Shown here: in pieces, positions 12,089 through 25,037 of the stretch
How the letters are laid out: each line of letters starts with the position of its first letter
How positions within the stretch are numbered: the first letter of the stretch is position 1
Origin: Octopus vulgaris
Lineage: Eukaryota
Assembly: GCA_951406725.2 (NCBI GenBank)
Contig: OX597814.1
Coordinates: 27,652,001 to 27,716,000, forward strand
Length of the DNA: 64,000 nt
Reading direction: 5' to 3'
Notes under the pieces: model-generated
What the model saw: only the letters and a program-made list of their open reading frames with translations
The model's database searches: none
What the model was told of the DNA's origin: nothing
Translations under genes and position numbers: made by a program

Positions 12089-12474
12089 TCTTTATATATA
12101 AAAGTAAGGTTGTGTGTCTGTCTCCTACGATTTAGATTCCTAACTACTCCCACATTTTGCGGTGCAGTTTAACCAAAACCGGGTATCTTATAGTCGTGAT
12201 TCATATCGAGCCCTTCTGGGTATTAGCGCGCGTCTACGATGAGTCTACGATTTAAAAAAAAAATTACCATAATTTTTTTCCATTTTAATGCATTTTTTAG
12301 CTATTATATAAGGGAAGTAACTCTCTAAAAATGTCTACGATGAGTCAACGATTTAAAAAAAATTTACCATCATTTTTTTCCCATTTTTTTGCTATTTTTT
12401 GGCTATAACTCTCTAAAAATGCTTATATAGTTATTTCCCTTACAAACCCGAGCAACGCCGGGCGATACTGCTAG
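12089..12474 (+). mobile_element. Non-autonomous Helitron
   Basis: A|TC 5' end, subterminal hairpin cccgagcaacgccggg, CTAG|T 3' end, no TSD. Confidence 0.85.
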
Positions 12475-13668
12475 TAACCTATAAATAGATTCGATTTTTA
12501 ACATCATATGCGTCAGAGTGTTATCAAAAATTTTGACTTTTCGATGGGGTCTCTATCTTCTGCATTTCCACCCTTTCTCTGTACTGTAAGTAGCAGTTCT
12601 CTGTTCAAAACTGAATGTATAATTCTGATTGACTACTGATCTACCTGGAATTTAAAACACTCTCGGTGTCGAATGTTTGATTATTGTGCCCAAGTTCCTG
12701 TGTTTGAAGAGACGAGAAAATCGCAACTTTTCTATTTATTAATGTTTTAGAAAACCATATCTTTAACCACAAATACATATAGTGTGAGTATATTCTTTGG
12801 TAGTTCTACTTCTAGTTCTAATGATCTTGTGCCTTTTTTATGGAGGGAGCTTGTTAGAATGACATACTTGACCCCACTGACAGTCACAGCTAGTACAAGG
12901 AGATAATCATTTCGTCCTAATATGAACCATGATTATAGATTTGAAATTGAAAAATTAAGGAGTCATTAGGAACAATATGCATTGAATACGCATATTAATT
13001 TTTTTTTATTTACTCAATACGAAGTTCTTAAAATTTCTAGTCTTTAGAAATAATATATTGACTATTTCATTCCTTTTAGAAATCATCTGCATGATGCAAC
13101 CTGTGACTTATAAAGAACTATATGTGGTAGATGATAGTTTTGTGAGATGTTAGTTAATTTGGGACTGTGAAGCAACGTGTGTTGGTAATGTTTGATGAAG
13201 TTGTCTAGAGATCTTTTATGATTTTAGGGACTAGTATCACATTCTCAACAGCAGAAAGGTTGGAACGACATATTTGGTTTTATTTTTAAACGAATGAGAA
13301 TAGACATTTGCACATCAAATTATGGAAGTTTTATAAACCACGATATTGCATACTTCAGGGAAATTTATTTGAGATATTTCAAGTTGCAAATACGAATACT
13401 TGAATATAAATTAAAATTAAATTTCGGTTCCTTCTCATGCTGGTTCTGCAGGGTCAGAGAAAACACACCTGCGTCCATGCAGTTGATGTGTATACCATTG
13501 TAATTAATAGAGGTGAATGATATTAATATGCTCCGTTTCTTTTGCTTTATCGTGTAGAATTTTGTGTTATTGTTTCTGATGTTCTTGTGTATATATGTAT
13601 ACATGTATGTGTAAGTGAATGTATTATATATGTATGTACACGCACGCGCGAACATACACACATATATA

Positions 13669-14071
13669 CTCTTTTACTTGTTTCAGTCATTTGACTGCGG
13701 CCATGCTGGAGCACCACCTTTTAGTCGAGCAAATAGACCCCGGGACTTATTCTTTGTAAGCCCAGTACTTATTCTATCGGTCTCTTTTGCCGAACCGCTA
13801 AGTGACGGGGATGTAAACACACCAGCATCGGTTGTCAAGCAATGCTAGAGGGACAAACACAGACACACAAACACACACATACATATATACATATATATAC
13901 ATATATACGACGGGCTTCTTTTCAGTTTCCGTCTACCAAATCCACTCACAAGGCATTGGTCGGCCCGGGGCTATAGCAGAAGACACTTGCCCAAGATGCT
14001 ACGCAGTGGGACTGAACCCGGAACCATGTGGTTGGTTAGCAAGCTACTTACCACACAGACACTCTTGCGCC
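13669..14071 (-). mobile_element. SINE family A, full length
   Basis: Homology to 1645-2040. Confidence 0.9.
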
Positions 14072-14294
14072 TATGACGGATTTCCATTCTGTTTCCGCGC
14101 AAGAAATTTAATCGAGAAGTAGTTGGTCAATGATAATTATAATGATGAAAATGACGACGGCAATGATGATGATAATGATGGAAACTTCATGAACTAATAT
14201 CATTTCCCTTGTACATGGGCCAAAACTTGGGCCATTAAGCACGCGCTGATTATTTATCCATGTATGTGTTTGTGTTCTATTATTTTATTTGGTA

Positions 14295-14674
14295 CTAGCA
14301 GTATCGCCCGGCGTTGCTCAGGTTTGTAAGGGAAATAACTATAAAGCATTTTTAGAGAGTTATAGCCAAAAATAGCAAAAAAATGGAAAAAATGATGGTA
14401 AATTTTTTTGATAGTTAAAAAAGGTCGAGTTGCGTCCCCTAGACAGTCTGTGGTTTGTGTTTTGATTCTCGACCCCATGTCGAGTTTATCGATTTTTTTC
14501 AGAACTGGAGGAACTTTTCAAAATTTTCGCTTCGTTAGTTTTGAATTATGACATTGGGCTATGTGTGTGTCAAGTTTCATCAGAATCGGTTGAAAGCCGT
14601 GGTCAGGGTGAGGGTACAACCAAACAGACACACAGAAACACACACAGACAAACTGCCGTTTATATAGAGAGCGA
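14295..14674 (-). mobile_element. Non-autonomous Helitron
   Basis: A|TC..CTAG|T on the minus strand; near-identical to 59441-59821; 3' end shared with 12089-12474. Confidence 0.85.
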
Positions 14675-17584
14675 TGTATATGATGTTAATATGTTGTAAT
14701 AATAGTAAAATTATAATCATTATACTATTGTGTGTAAGGACATTTTTGTTTTGATGTATGATATGCAGTCATATTTTCCCCTCTTATTTGTGGTCTGAAG
14801 CAACATTTATGATTCTAACGATACATATTTCAGTACAATGTGCTGTATACCATGTGCGAGTATAGCACGAGTATATTGCAAGGAATAGTTTGAATATTTT
14901 GCATGAAGAAATTGAATTAAAGAACGTTGCTAGAAGCAAAGAATACTTTGGTCTAGGAACATTTGTTGTAAGATTATTTCTTCTTAGAAACAACCGCTTG
15001 GTTAGAATAATGAATGATAGAATTCACTTCGTTTTTGTATCTGATTTGCAAGATTCTTTCTGTGAATTCATGTGTTGAAGGGAGAGTCATTATACCAATA
15101 TCATTAACACACGCACTGGAACAATTCTACTCCTTTATTGTTAGTCAATTGGTTAAATATCCAGCTAACTAATCGCTTCTTTGTTTAATTTGTTTTTATA
15201 TGGCCCCACTACAGACACACACACACAAAATTTTAGAATCGTTTTATAGTAAAATCACTTAACACTTGTGAGCTTAGGTTGGAACAGTATTTTTCTAGCA
15301 AACTTTTACTTCCGATACAAAAATCTTAATTTCTGATACCCTGAGATCTGGGGCTTATAAAAGGGAAGTCTTCGGACAGTAGATCGGTCCAGAGTCCTGA
15401 GAGACGAAAAAGATCGCATAGCAACTGACGAAGTTCTCCCTAAAAAAAAAAAAAAAAAAGAAACCTCTAGCCTCTTTGAATTTTATGAGGATCCATCTAG
15501 GGCCCTGAAAGCAGCCTTGTTCCATTAAAAAAAAAAAAAAAATCGGAAGTCCACCTCTCAGTTACAGGAAAAAGTGTTCCATTCGTTTCTGATTATCGCC
15601 GAAAGTTTTCTGTGAATTGTATTAATACAATTCTCAGTCTTTCAAAATTGTTCCTGGTCTCACAAATAAAAATCCTTGATTCTTGACTCTTTGCTGCAAA
15701 ATGATGACGATGATGATGATGGAGGATACTGCTGCTGCTGCTGCTGATGATGATGATGATGATAATGACCATGACGAAGACGACAATGATGATGACGATG
15801 ACGACGACATTGGCGACGACGACGGTGATGATGAAAACTATTTACTAACACTATTTGCCTTCTATTCTGGCCAAATGTTGGGCCATTAAGTGCACATCGA
15901 GTAGTTATGTAATCAATGTTCCTATTCTGAGATGATATTTTAAAACTCTAGATTAGTTTCTTTAAAAAATGATTGGAAATTTATTTTATATTTTATCAAT
16001 CTCCCAACTTATTGAAGTTGAGCGTTACCTTTTTGCAAGACGCTTCCAGAAACAATTCAGTGGTAAAACACAAATCTTGAAAGATATTGTAGTTGTTGTT
16101 CTTACAGTTGTACTTTAGTCCCATAGACATCCTCGATCAAGGAGCAAAAGCACGTTCGCCCTGGCCATCTCATTTTTCCCCGACAGTTTATTCAAGACTT
16201 CCTTACACAATGTCTTTCCTTTTTTTAAACACAGTTAGCTATAGTTTGAGTGAGATTAGGCTGCTATTTCTAACAGGTTAAACGACTTGATGATCAGCCG
16301 AAATAGTTAAGATGTATGGAATTAAGTGTAAAGATTTGAAAATATGTTGAATAAAATAAAAAGATTATAGTCGATGTTTGTGTTGAATATAAATCTCTCA
16401 GGTGTTTGGGATGATCTGTAGGAAAACAATATTTCGAAGAGTTAGAAATATTTCAGACGCTAGAATTAAATCATTAATTAAATTATTAGTTTAACTTGAA
16501 CGCTTTATAAAACTCATTATAAAGCCTGATTAACTAAAATCTTAACGAAATGAGATGAGAATATAGCCAGAATAGTACATCTTAAAACCTAATCCCTTAT
16601 GTCAGTACTTGACACTACACCCATGAAATTCATATTTTTGCCAAAGTTACAAAGGGAATCTTTTAAAGCGTATTCTATCATGGCAACGTTTATAACTTTC
16701 TTATCGCAGCTACATTGCGCGTTTCATGTTAGCTATCAATACGACACTTGTCTTCCTACTCAAACCACATTTGTAAAAGTAATTCCAAGCTTAAGTATTT
16801 TCGTGACTCTTCATGTCATATTTACTCCTTTGGACTATATACTGAAGAATTATCACTCAAGCCATGAGTGGAGTTTCAGACTGTTGTTATTTCTAGCAGA
16901 TTAAGCAACCGCGTAGAGGCTCACTCGATGGTCCACCGAAAGAGTTCTTTTGAAGAACATTAGACTAAAGATCTAAAATGATATTGTGTAAAGTATTAAT
17001 GTGCTAGATGTTTGTCTTGAATATAAATTTTTCAGGTTGAGAAGAAAAGAGAGTGGCCTCAAATCGGGATCTTTAGGCCAAACTTACTCTTCTCTTCCTA
17101 AAAGGTACGGAGGCCTCGAAAAGGGTCATGAGCACTATCTTTCCTCCTGACTATGTAATAAAATAATTACAATTATTAATCTACAACATGTACCGTACAT
17201 TCCCAGAGCCCCCATGTCTCAATCCTTCTATTGCAATAGGGTGAGAGAGGTTGTCATAGAGGAGAGGGTTAACGTGAGGCGTTCCGTCATCCTTCTCACA
17301 GCACAGCACAGCACTCGATTCTGCGAGTAAGAGGTAGCGAGAAATCGATACAGCACTCAGCCGGTACTTTATTTCATTGACTCTCGAAGGGTGGAAAGTA
17401 AAGGGGATCTCGGCAAGATCTTAACTTAGAACACAGAGTTGGAACAAACACGGCAAAGACCAAACGCTCTAACGATTCTGCTATCGACCATCTTTCCATT
17501 TTAATATTGCTCCTCTTTATAAAGATATTCCCGCGTGGCTAAAGGATAGGGCACAAAGCGCTGAAATAATAATTCTGCCAATTA

Positions 17585-17976
17585 CTCTTTTACTCTTTTA
17601 CTTGTTTCAGTCAGTTGACTGCGGCCATGCTGGAGCACCGCCTTTAGTCGAGCAAATCGACCCCGGGACTTATTCTTTGTAAGCCCAGTACTTATTCTAA
17701 CGGTCTCTTTTGCCGAACCGCTAAGTGACGGGGACGTAAACACACCAGCATCGGTTGTCAAACAATGCTAGGGGAACAAACACAGACACACAAACACACA
17801 CATATATATATACATATATACGACAGGCTTCTTTCAGTTTCCGTCTACCAATACCACTCACAAGGCTTTGGTCGGCCCGAGGCTATAGTAGAAGACACTT
17901 GCCCAAGGTGCCACGTAGTGGGACTGAACCTGGAACCATGTGGTTGGTAAACAAGCTACTTACCACACAGCCACTC
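17585..17976 (-). mobile_element. SINE family A
   Basis: Homology to 1645-2040. Confidence 0.9.
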
Positions 17977-18809
17977 ATTTTTTAAATGCACTAGAGGCCG
18001 CCTTGTGTGGTCACTTAAGCCAAAGTAGAAGCTAATAACAGCCTATTGATAATAATAATAATAATAGATCGATAACAATAACCGAATGACAATAACAGAC
18101 TGATAATAATAACAACAACAACAACAACAACCGATTGATGATAACAATAACCGACTGTCAACAATAACAAGAGCATTAAGTGAGTATGTAATTCGGAAAC
18201 CATTAATTTCGACAACAACCTATTGGTAACATTATCAATGATTATAATAAGCGACTTACACTGTACTATACTTTATTCAATATTTACCAATATTTTTCAC
18301 TTCGATTTTTTGTTGCTTCTGTACATTGTATTACATTACTACCGAAACAGAGGGTGTCAAAATCAGATATAATTTTTCTCTGTATAATCTAAACCTATCT
18401 GTTGATCTAATTAAAGATTACTGAACCAATAGATATGTGGTAATAAATGATTGTTGCCTTTCTTCACACAACTGTAACATTTCTGTACTTAATTGAATCA
18501 ATAAGGTTGCTTGTATAAAGCTCTTTCTATCACAGACCCTTAGCATCTTCAAATACTGTTGTGTTTGCTCCCTTTTATTCATATTCTTCCAATAATCAAC
18601 CTAATTCTTTGACTCCTCAGTATTTCTAACCCTCCACACCATAACTTACTAACATAAATCTTATTGGAGTTCTACGCCCCACCTTAGAGTGCTGCTCACG
18701 TATCTGGGACTGTGTAGCTACCACATACGCAACATTCCAGATCGCATCCTACAAAAGGTCATCTGTTGGAATGGCAAACTTTCATTCACAAACATACTAC
18801 AGCTACAAC

Positions 18810-19631
18810 TTAATCAATACACTATGTTTTTCTCCCTCTGTCTCTTCTACAGTTCCTCTGATATCCCCACCGCCCAAGCACACACGATGCGCATGTCTTG
18901 CTTCTTCTCGACATATCTGCTGTTCCTTACTTCACAGACCTTATGCTTTATACTACGCTTGAGCTTACTTTACCATGACTACAATCCTTTTTCTCCTCAC
19001 CCAGGCTTTTATTACGAAAGTCTATGAGCACTGTCTCTTCTATAGGAGCTCAATGGTGAGGGCGCGTGGCTTAGTGGTTAGGGCATTCGGCTCATGATCG
19101 TAAGGTTGTGAGTTCGATTCCCGGCGACGCGTTGTGTCCTTGAGCAAGACACTTTATTTCACGTTGCTCCAGTCCACTCAGCTGGCAAAAATGAGTTGTA
19201 CTTGTATTTCAAAGGGTCAGCTTTGTCACTCTCTGTGTCACGCTGATTATCCCCGAGAACTACGTTAAGGGTACACGTGTCTGTGGAATGCTCAGCCATT
19301 TGCACGTTAATTTCACGAGCAAGCTGTTCCGTTGATCGTATCAGCTGGGACCCTCGTCGTCGTAACCGGCGGAGTCTTTTTTAATCAATACACTATGTTT
19401 TTCTCCCTCTGTCTCTTCTACAATTCCTCTGATATCCCCACCGCCCAAGCACACACGATGCGCATGTCTTGCTTCTTCTCGACATATCTGCTGTTCCTTA
19501 CTTCACAGACCTTATGCTTTATACTACGCTTGAGCTTACTTTACCATGACTACAATCCTTTTTCTCCTCACCTAGGTTTTTATTACGAAAGTCTATGAGC
19601 AGCACTGTCTCTTCTATAGGAGCTCAATGGT
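18810..19631. repeat. 248-bp direct duplication (18810-19057 and 19381-19631) bracketing a SINE
   Basis: ttaatcaatacactatg..ggagctcaatggt present twice with few differences. Confidence 0.95.
19058..19380 (+). mobile_element. SINE family C (tRNA-derived, V/CORE-like body)
   Basis: A box gtggcttagtggtt, B box gagttcgattc, gttgtgtccttgagcaagacact; homologues at 35965, 53371 and 62882. Confidence 0.9.
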
Positions 19632-19647
19632 AAATTAAAACCTAAAA

Positions 19648-19870
19648 AGGCGGCGAGCTGGCAGAAACGTTAGCACGCCGGACGAAATGCGTAGCCGTAT
19701 TTCGTCTGTCGTTAGGTTCTGAGTTCAAATTCCGCCGAGGTCGACTTTGCCTTTCATCCTTTCGGGGTCGATAAATTAAGAACCAGTTACGCACTGGGGT
19801 CGATGTAATCGACTTAATCTCCTTGTCTGTCCGCTCTGTGTTTAGCCCCTTGTGGGTAGTAAAGAAATAG
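19648..19870 (+). mobile_element. SINE family B monomer with 15-bp TSD
   Basis: TSD ggtaaattaaaacct at 19629-19643 and 19870-19884; B box gagttcaaattc. Confidence 0.9.
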
Positions 19871-19968
19871 GTAAATTAAAACCTTCGTACTACATGCATA
19901 TCTCATTCATCATTAACATATTACATTTTGACATAATCTGTATTATTGTTTGTCAGGATATGTTTTAA

Positions 19969-20380
19969 CCCTTTAGTGTTTAAACCGGCTATATCAGGCC
20001 AAAATTATCTTCCTGTTTTATGCTCAAAGCAGCCAGCTCTGACCTCTCACACCTACCCTACAAAGTCATTCTAAAAATAAACATAGACATCATCAAAATC
20101 TCAGAGTTACAAGATGCTGTACAATTAATTTAAAACAATGTAATTAAACAAGCTTTACATTTGACAGAGTAATCTGAATGCTATATCAGGCCAAAATTAT
20201 CTTCCTGTTTTATGCTCAAAGCAGCCAGCTCTGACCTCTCACACCTACCCTACAAAGTCATTCTAAAAATAAAGAGAGACATCATCAAAATCTCAGAGTT
20301 ACAAGATGCTGTACAATTAATTTAAAACAATGTAATTAAACAAGCTTTACATTTGACAGGGTAATCTGAATGCTAAAGGG
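19969..20380. mobile_element. piggyBac-type MITE with internal 192-bp tandem duplication
   Basis: TTAA|ccctttag..ctaaaggg|TTAA; gctatatcaggcc at 19988 and 20180. Confidence 0.85.
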
Positions 20381-20441
20381 TTAAAGCAGAACACTTTTAA
20401 AATTTTTAACTGTGGAAGGAAAACGAACATATAATCTAAAC

Positions 20442-22053
20442 CAGGAGTTCTCGAACATTTTTAATCTGTGGCCCCCTTTGATTACTATTTTATTCTGGTG
20501 GACCCCCTCCCCAATAGCCATTCGATGTTCAAAAACTAGTTTTATAGAAACGTCTTTCAAAATTCCTATTTTGTTCTTCACGTTTGCTTTTGTAGGTTTA
20601 ACTATGCAAAATGATGGAGTAAGAAACCTAGCCGTTTCTTGCGATACATATCAATACATACATAAGGCGGCGGGCTGGCAGAAACGTTAGCACGCCGGGC
20701 GAAAAGCTTAGCGGTATTTCGTCTGCCGTTAGGTTCTGAGTTCAAATTCCGCCGAGGTCGACTTTGCCTTTCATCCTTTCGGGGTCGATAAATTAAGTAC
20801 CTATTTCTTTATTACTCACAGGGGGCTAAACACAGAGGGAACAAACAAGGACAGACATAGGTATTAAGTCGTTTACATCGACCCCAGTGCGTAACTGGTA
20901 CTTAATTTATCGACCCCGAAAGGATGAAAGGCAAAGTCGACCTCGGCGGAATTTGAACTCAGAACGTAGCGTCAGACGAAATACCGCTAAGCATTTCGTC
21001 CGGCGCGCTAACGTTTCTGCCAGCTCGTCGCCTTATAAATTAAGTACCAGTTACACACTGGGGTCGATATAATCGACTTAACCCGTTTGTCTGTCCTTGT
21101 TTGTCCTCTCTGTGTTTAGCCCCTTGTGGGTAGTAAAGAAATAGGTATTTTGTCTGCCGTTAGGTTCTGAGTTCAAATTCCGCCGAGGTCGACTTTGCCT
21201 TTCATCCTTTCGGGGTCGATAAATTAAGTACCAGTTACACACTGGGGTCGATATAATCGACTTAATCCGTTTGTCTGTACTTGTTTGTCCCCTATATGTT
21301 TAGCCCCATTGTGGGTAGTAAAGAAATAGGTATTTTGTCTGCCGTTAGGTTCTGAGTTTAAATTCCGCCGAGGTCGACTTTGCCTTTCATCCTTTCGGGG
21401 TTGATAAATTAAGTACCAGTTACACACTGGGGTCGATATAATCGACTTAACCCGTTTGTCTATCCTTGTTTGTCCTCTCTGTGTTTAGCCCCTTGTGGGT
21501 AGTAAAGAAATAAGTATTTCGTCTGCCGCTGCATTCTGAGTTCAAATTCCACCGAGATCGACTTTGCCTTTCATCCTTTCGGGGGTCGATTAAATAAGTA
21601 CCAGTTATGCACTGAGGTCGATAGAATCGACTTAATCTGTTTGCCTGTCCTTGTTTATCCCCTCTGTGTGTAGCCCCTTGTAGGCAATAAAGAAATAAGA
21701 AACGTTAGCACGCCGAGCGGAATGCTTAGCGGTATTTCGTCTATCTCTACGTTCTGAGTTCAAATTCCACTGAGGTCGACTTTGTATGTTATCCTTTCGG
21801 GGTTGATAAATTAAGTACCAGCTGTGTACTGGATCGATCTAATCGACTGGCCCCCTCCCCCAAAATTTCGGGCCTTGTGCCTAGAGCAGAAAAGAATACA
21901 TACCAATACATACATCTAAAGTAAATGTTTTTCAGGGGTCCTCAATTTACTGTTTTGAAGCATGGATCCCCAATTTACTATTTTGTAGCATGGATCCCCC
22001 AAAATTTTATATGGACCCTCAGGGGCCATATGGACTCCAGTTGAGAACCACTC
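20442..22053. mobile_element. hAT (Charlie-like) MITE split by a SINE array
   Basis: Degenerate TIRs caggagttctcgaac / gttgagaaccactc; 8-bp TSD-like atctaaac / atctaata. Confidence 0.65.
20665..21895 (+). mobile_element. SINE family B tandem composite containing an inverted B copy (20802-21034)
   Basis: Outer 20-bp TSD atacata(t/c)caatacatacat at 20644-20663 and 21896-21915; inner 14-bp TSD ataaattaagtacc at 20788-20801 and 21035-21048. Confidence 0.9.
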
Positions 22054-22066
22054 ATCTAATAATATA

Positions 22067-22268
22067 ATACTTTCTACTATAGGCATAAGGCCTAAAATTT
22101 TGGTGGTGGTGGTGGGGGAGGGGGTTAGTCGATTACATCGATCCCAGTGCGTAACTGGCCCAAAAGATGAAAAATAAAGTTGACCGCGGCGGAATTTGAA
22201 CTCAGACTGACGAAATGCCGCTAAGCATTTTGTCCGGCGTACCAACAATTCTGCTTGCTCATCGCCTA
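22067..22268 (-). mobile_element. SINE family B copy
   Basis: Homology to other B copies. Confidence 0.75.
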
Positions 22269-22374
22269 CAATGAAGCGCTTTTACAAAATCAATAACAGT
22301 GCCTCAATACAGAAATGGGATCATTTATAAAACGTGGAATTTCCACAGGTCCGACTGACTTCCTTTATCTTTTA

Positions 22375-22575
22375 ATTTTTACTTGTTTCAGTCGTTGGAC
22401 TGCGGCCATGCTGGAGCACCACCTTGAAAGGTTTAGTCGATTAAGTCGACCCCGTACTTACTTTTAAGTCTGGGACTTATTCTGTCGGCCTCATCTTGCC
22501 GAACTGCTAATGTAAGGGGATGTAAACAAACCACTATCGATTGTTAAGCGGTGGTAGGAGACAAACACACACATC
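22375..22575 (-). mobile_element. SINE family A, 3' half only
   Basis: acttgtttcagtc..gcggccatgctggagcacc. Confidence 0.75.
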
Positions 22576-22584
22576 ACGTATACG

Positions 22585-22863
22585 CGACGAGCATGACGAC
22601 CCTTCCTGACACGAGCACCGGATTCAGTTGGCTTTGGCTGGCAGTACCTGATATGAAACCTGGACAGGGTAAATAGTCTCACTGCCTAGTGAGATTACGG
22701 GTAGGGGATAAACCTTATAAATCCGGATGGAGATCCTCAGGCAGTCTGGTGCTCAACTTAAAACTTGCCCAGAAACTCTTACAGCTAAATTCGTGCCAAA
22801 TGCTCTGCACTATACGCCTTTATGTTGCCCAAGGAGGGTTGAGAGAGAGAGAGAGAGAGAGAG

Positions 22864-22940
<77 letters not shown>
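22585..22940 (+). mobile_element. Possible RTE-related short non-autonomous retroelement with (GA)n tail
   Basis: GC-richer segment with hairpin agtctcact-gcct-agtgagatt and ggtaggggataaacc..aaatccgga reminiscent of RTE 5' UTRs; ends in (GA)n. Confidence 0.3.
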
Positions 22941-22941
<1 letters not shown>

Positions 22942-23118
22942 GGGGGGATTTCTGGCGTGTGGTCAACCCAAAATCTCAGTATTCCTAACCTACGCAAGGA
23001 CCCGATAGAAGTCACTTTAGTTACTACCGACAATTGATACAAATCTTTCTTCCGTGAGACAGACACATGCCACAGGGACGTAAATGCATGTATATGTGTG
23101 TGTGTGTATGTGTGTGCT

Positions 23119-23154
<36 letters not shown>

Positions 23155-23270
23155 TGTGTGTGAGTATGAATACATGCACGTGCGTTTGTGTGTGTGTGTG
23201 AGGCTTTGGCTATGGAGTAAAATACCTTTGGTTATTTTGAGTGTTATCGTTTGAGTCACCTTTACGCTGA

Positions 23271-23326
<56 letters not shown>

Positions 23327-24070
23327 ATGTTATAAATTGTCAGTACGCATAATATCTGCAAACATGTTTTCCACTCTATGTAATCGAAAAATATACTGGG
23401 TGCGCATTCATGTTACAAACACATATTTCACTTTTGTATGCTTAAACGCATGTGTAAGTGTGTGGTTATTACGTAGTATTGCTGTCAAATCTTTGTTCTT
23501 CTGGTTATGACTCCCAATTGATTTCCATTTTTCTTTTTCTTTTTTTTTTCGTTTTGATATCGTTTCAGTTAGACAGCCATACATTTAAAAGGCTGGTAGC
23601 CATTTTGAATGAGCAACCGATCCAATTTTTATCTTTTAATTTCCCAACTATAGCTTTTGTTGCAGGTGCATTCAAGGTTACTCAGTATAAATCGTAGTTT
23701 TACACTGGAAAACCTTTTGGATGCACTAAATGCTGCAGAAGCAACAGTAACAGCAGCTGCAACAACAACAACAACAACAACAACAGCAGCAGCACCAGCA
23801 GCAACAGCAGCAGCAATAGCACTATCACCATGACCAACAATAACCATCGTTACAATCATCACTATCATCACCATTGTCATCACCGCGAATCAATGAAAAG
23901 CCTCGACTTCCAAGAAATAGCAACCAAATATCCCTCATGTAATATCCTGTCGTCATAGAAAATAACGCAGTTGGATAGTGTGATTCTGGATTATCTATGA
24001 CTGGGAAGAGGCCAGGTGGTCACGGCCCCAGACCCACTAGATAACAATGATGAAACAGCCACCGTTATTC

Positions 24071-25037
24071 ATTTCTTTATCGGCCATAAGGGACTAAACA
24101 TAGAGGGACAAACAAAGACAGACAAAGGGATTAAGTCGATTACATCGACCCCAGTGCGTAACTGGTACTTATTTAATCGACCCCCGAAAGGATGAAAGGT
24201 AAAGTCGACCTCGGCGGAATTTGAACTCAGAACGTAGCGGCAGACGAAATACCTGTTTCTTTACTACCCACAAGGGGCTAAACACAGAGAGGACAAACAA
24301 GGACAGACAAACGGATTAAGTCGATTATATCGACCCCAGTGCGTAACTGGTACTTATTTAATCGACCCCGAAAGAATGAAAGGTAAAGTCGACCTCGGCG
24401 GAATTTGAACTCAGAACGTAGCGGCAGACGAAATACCTGTTTCTTTACTACCCACAAGGGGCTAAACACAGAGAGGACAAACAAGGACAGACAAACGGAT
24501 TAAGTCGATTATATCGACCCCAGTGTGTAACTGGTACTTATTTAATCGACCCCGAAAGGATGAAAGGTAAAGTCGACCTCGGCGGAATTTGAACTCAGAA
24601 CGTAGCGGCAGACGAAATACCTATTTCTTTACTACCCACAAGGGGCTAAACACAGATAGGACAAACAAGGACAGACAAACGGATTAAGTCGATTATATCG
24701 ACCCCAGTGCGTAACTGGTACTTATTTAATCGACCCCGAAAGGATGAAAGGTAAAGTCGACCTCGGCGGAATTTGAACTCAGAACGTAGCGGCAGACGAA
24801 ATACCTATTTCTTTACTACCCACAAGGGGCTAAACACAGATAGGACAAACAAGGACAGACAAACGGATTAAGTCGATTATATCGACCCCAGTGCGTAACT
24901 GGTACTTATTTAATCGACCCCGAAAGGATGAAAGGTAAAGTCGACCTCGGCGGAATTTGAACTCAGAACCTAACGGCAGACGAAATACGGCTACAGATTT
25001 CGCCCGGCGTGCTAACGTATCTGCTAGCTCGCCGCCC
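24071..25037 (-). mobile_element. SINE family B array, five 184-bp units plus one head
   Basis: Unit starts at 24071, 24255, 24439, 24623 and 24807; head gctagctcgccgccc ends at 25037. Confidence 0.92.

Noticed and set aside
13425-13520. Possible micro-exon (ttctgcag..agag|gtgaat)
   Set aside because: No recognisable peptide and no partner exons
22585-22830. HDV-like ribozyme at a putative RTE 5' end
   Set aside because: Could not build the nested double pseudoknot by eye
24071-25037. CRISPR-like or retrozyme-like periodicity of SINE B arrays
   Set aside because: No unique spacers, eukaryotic context, and no CUGANGA/GAAA core in the unit
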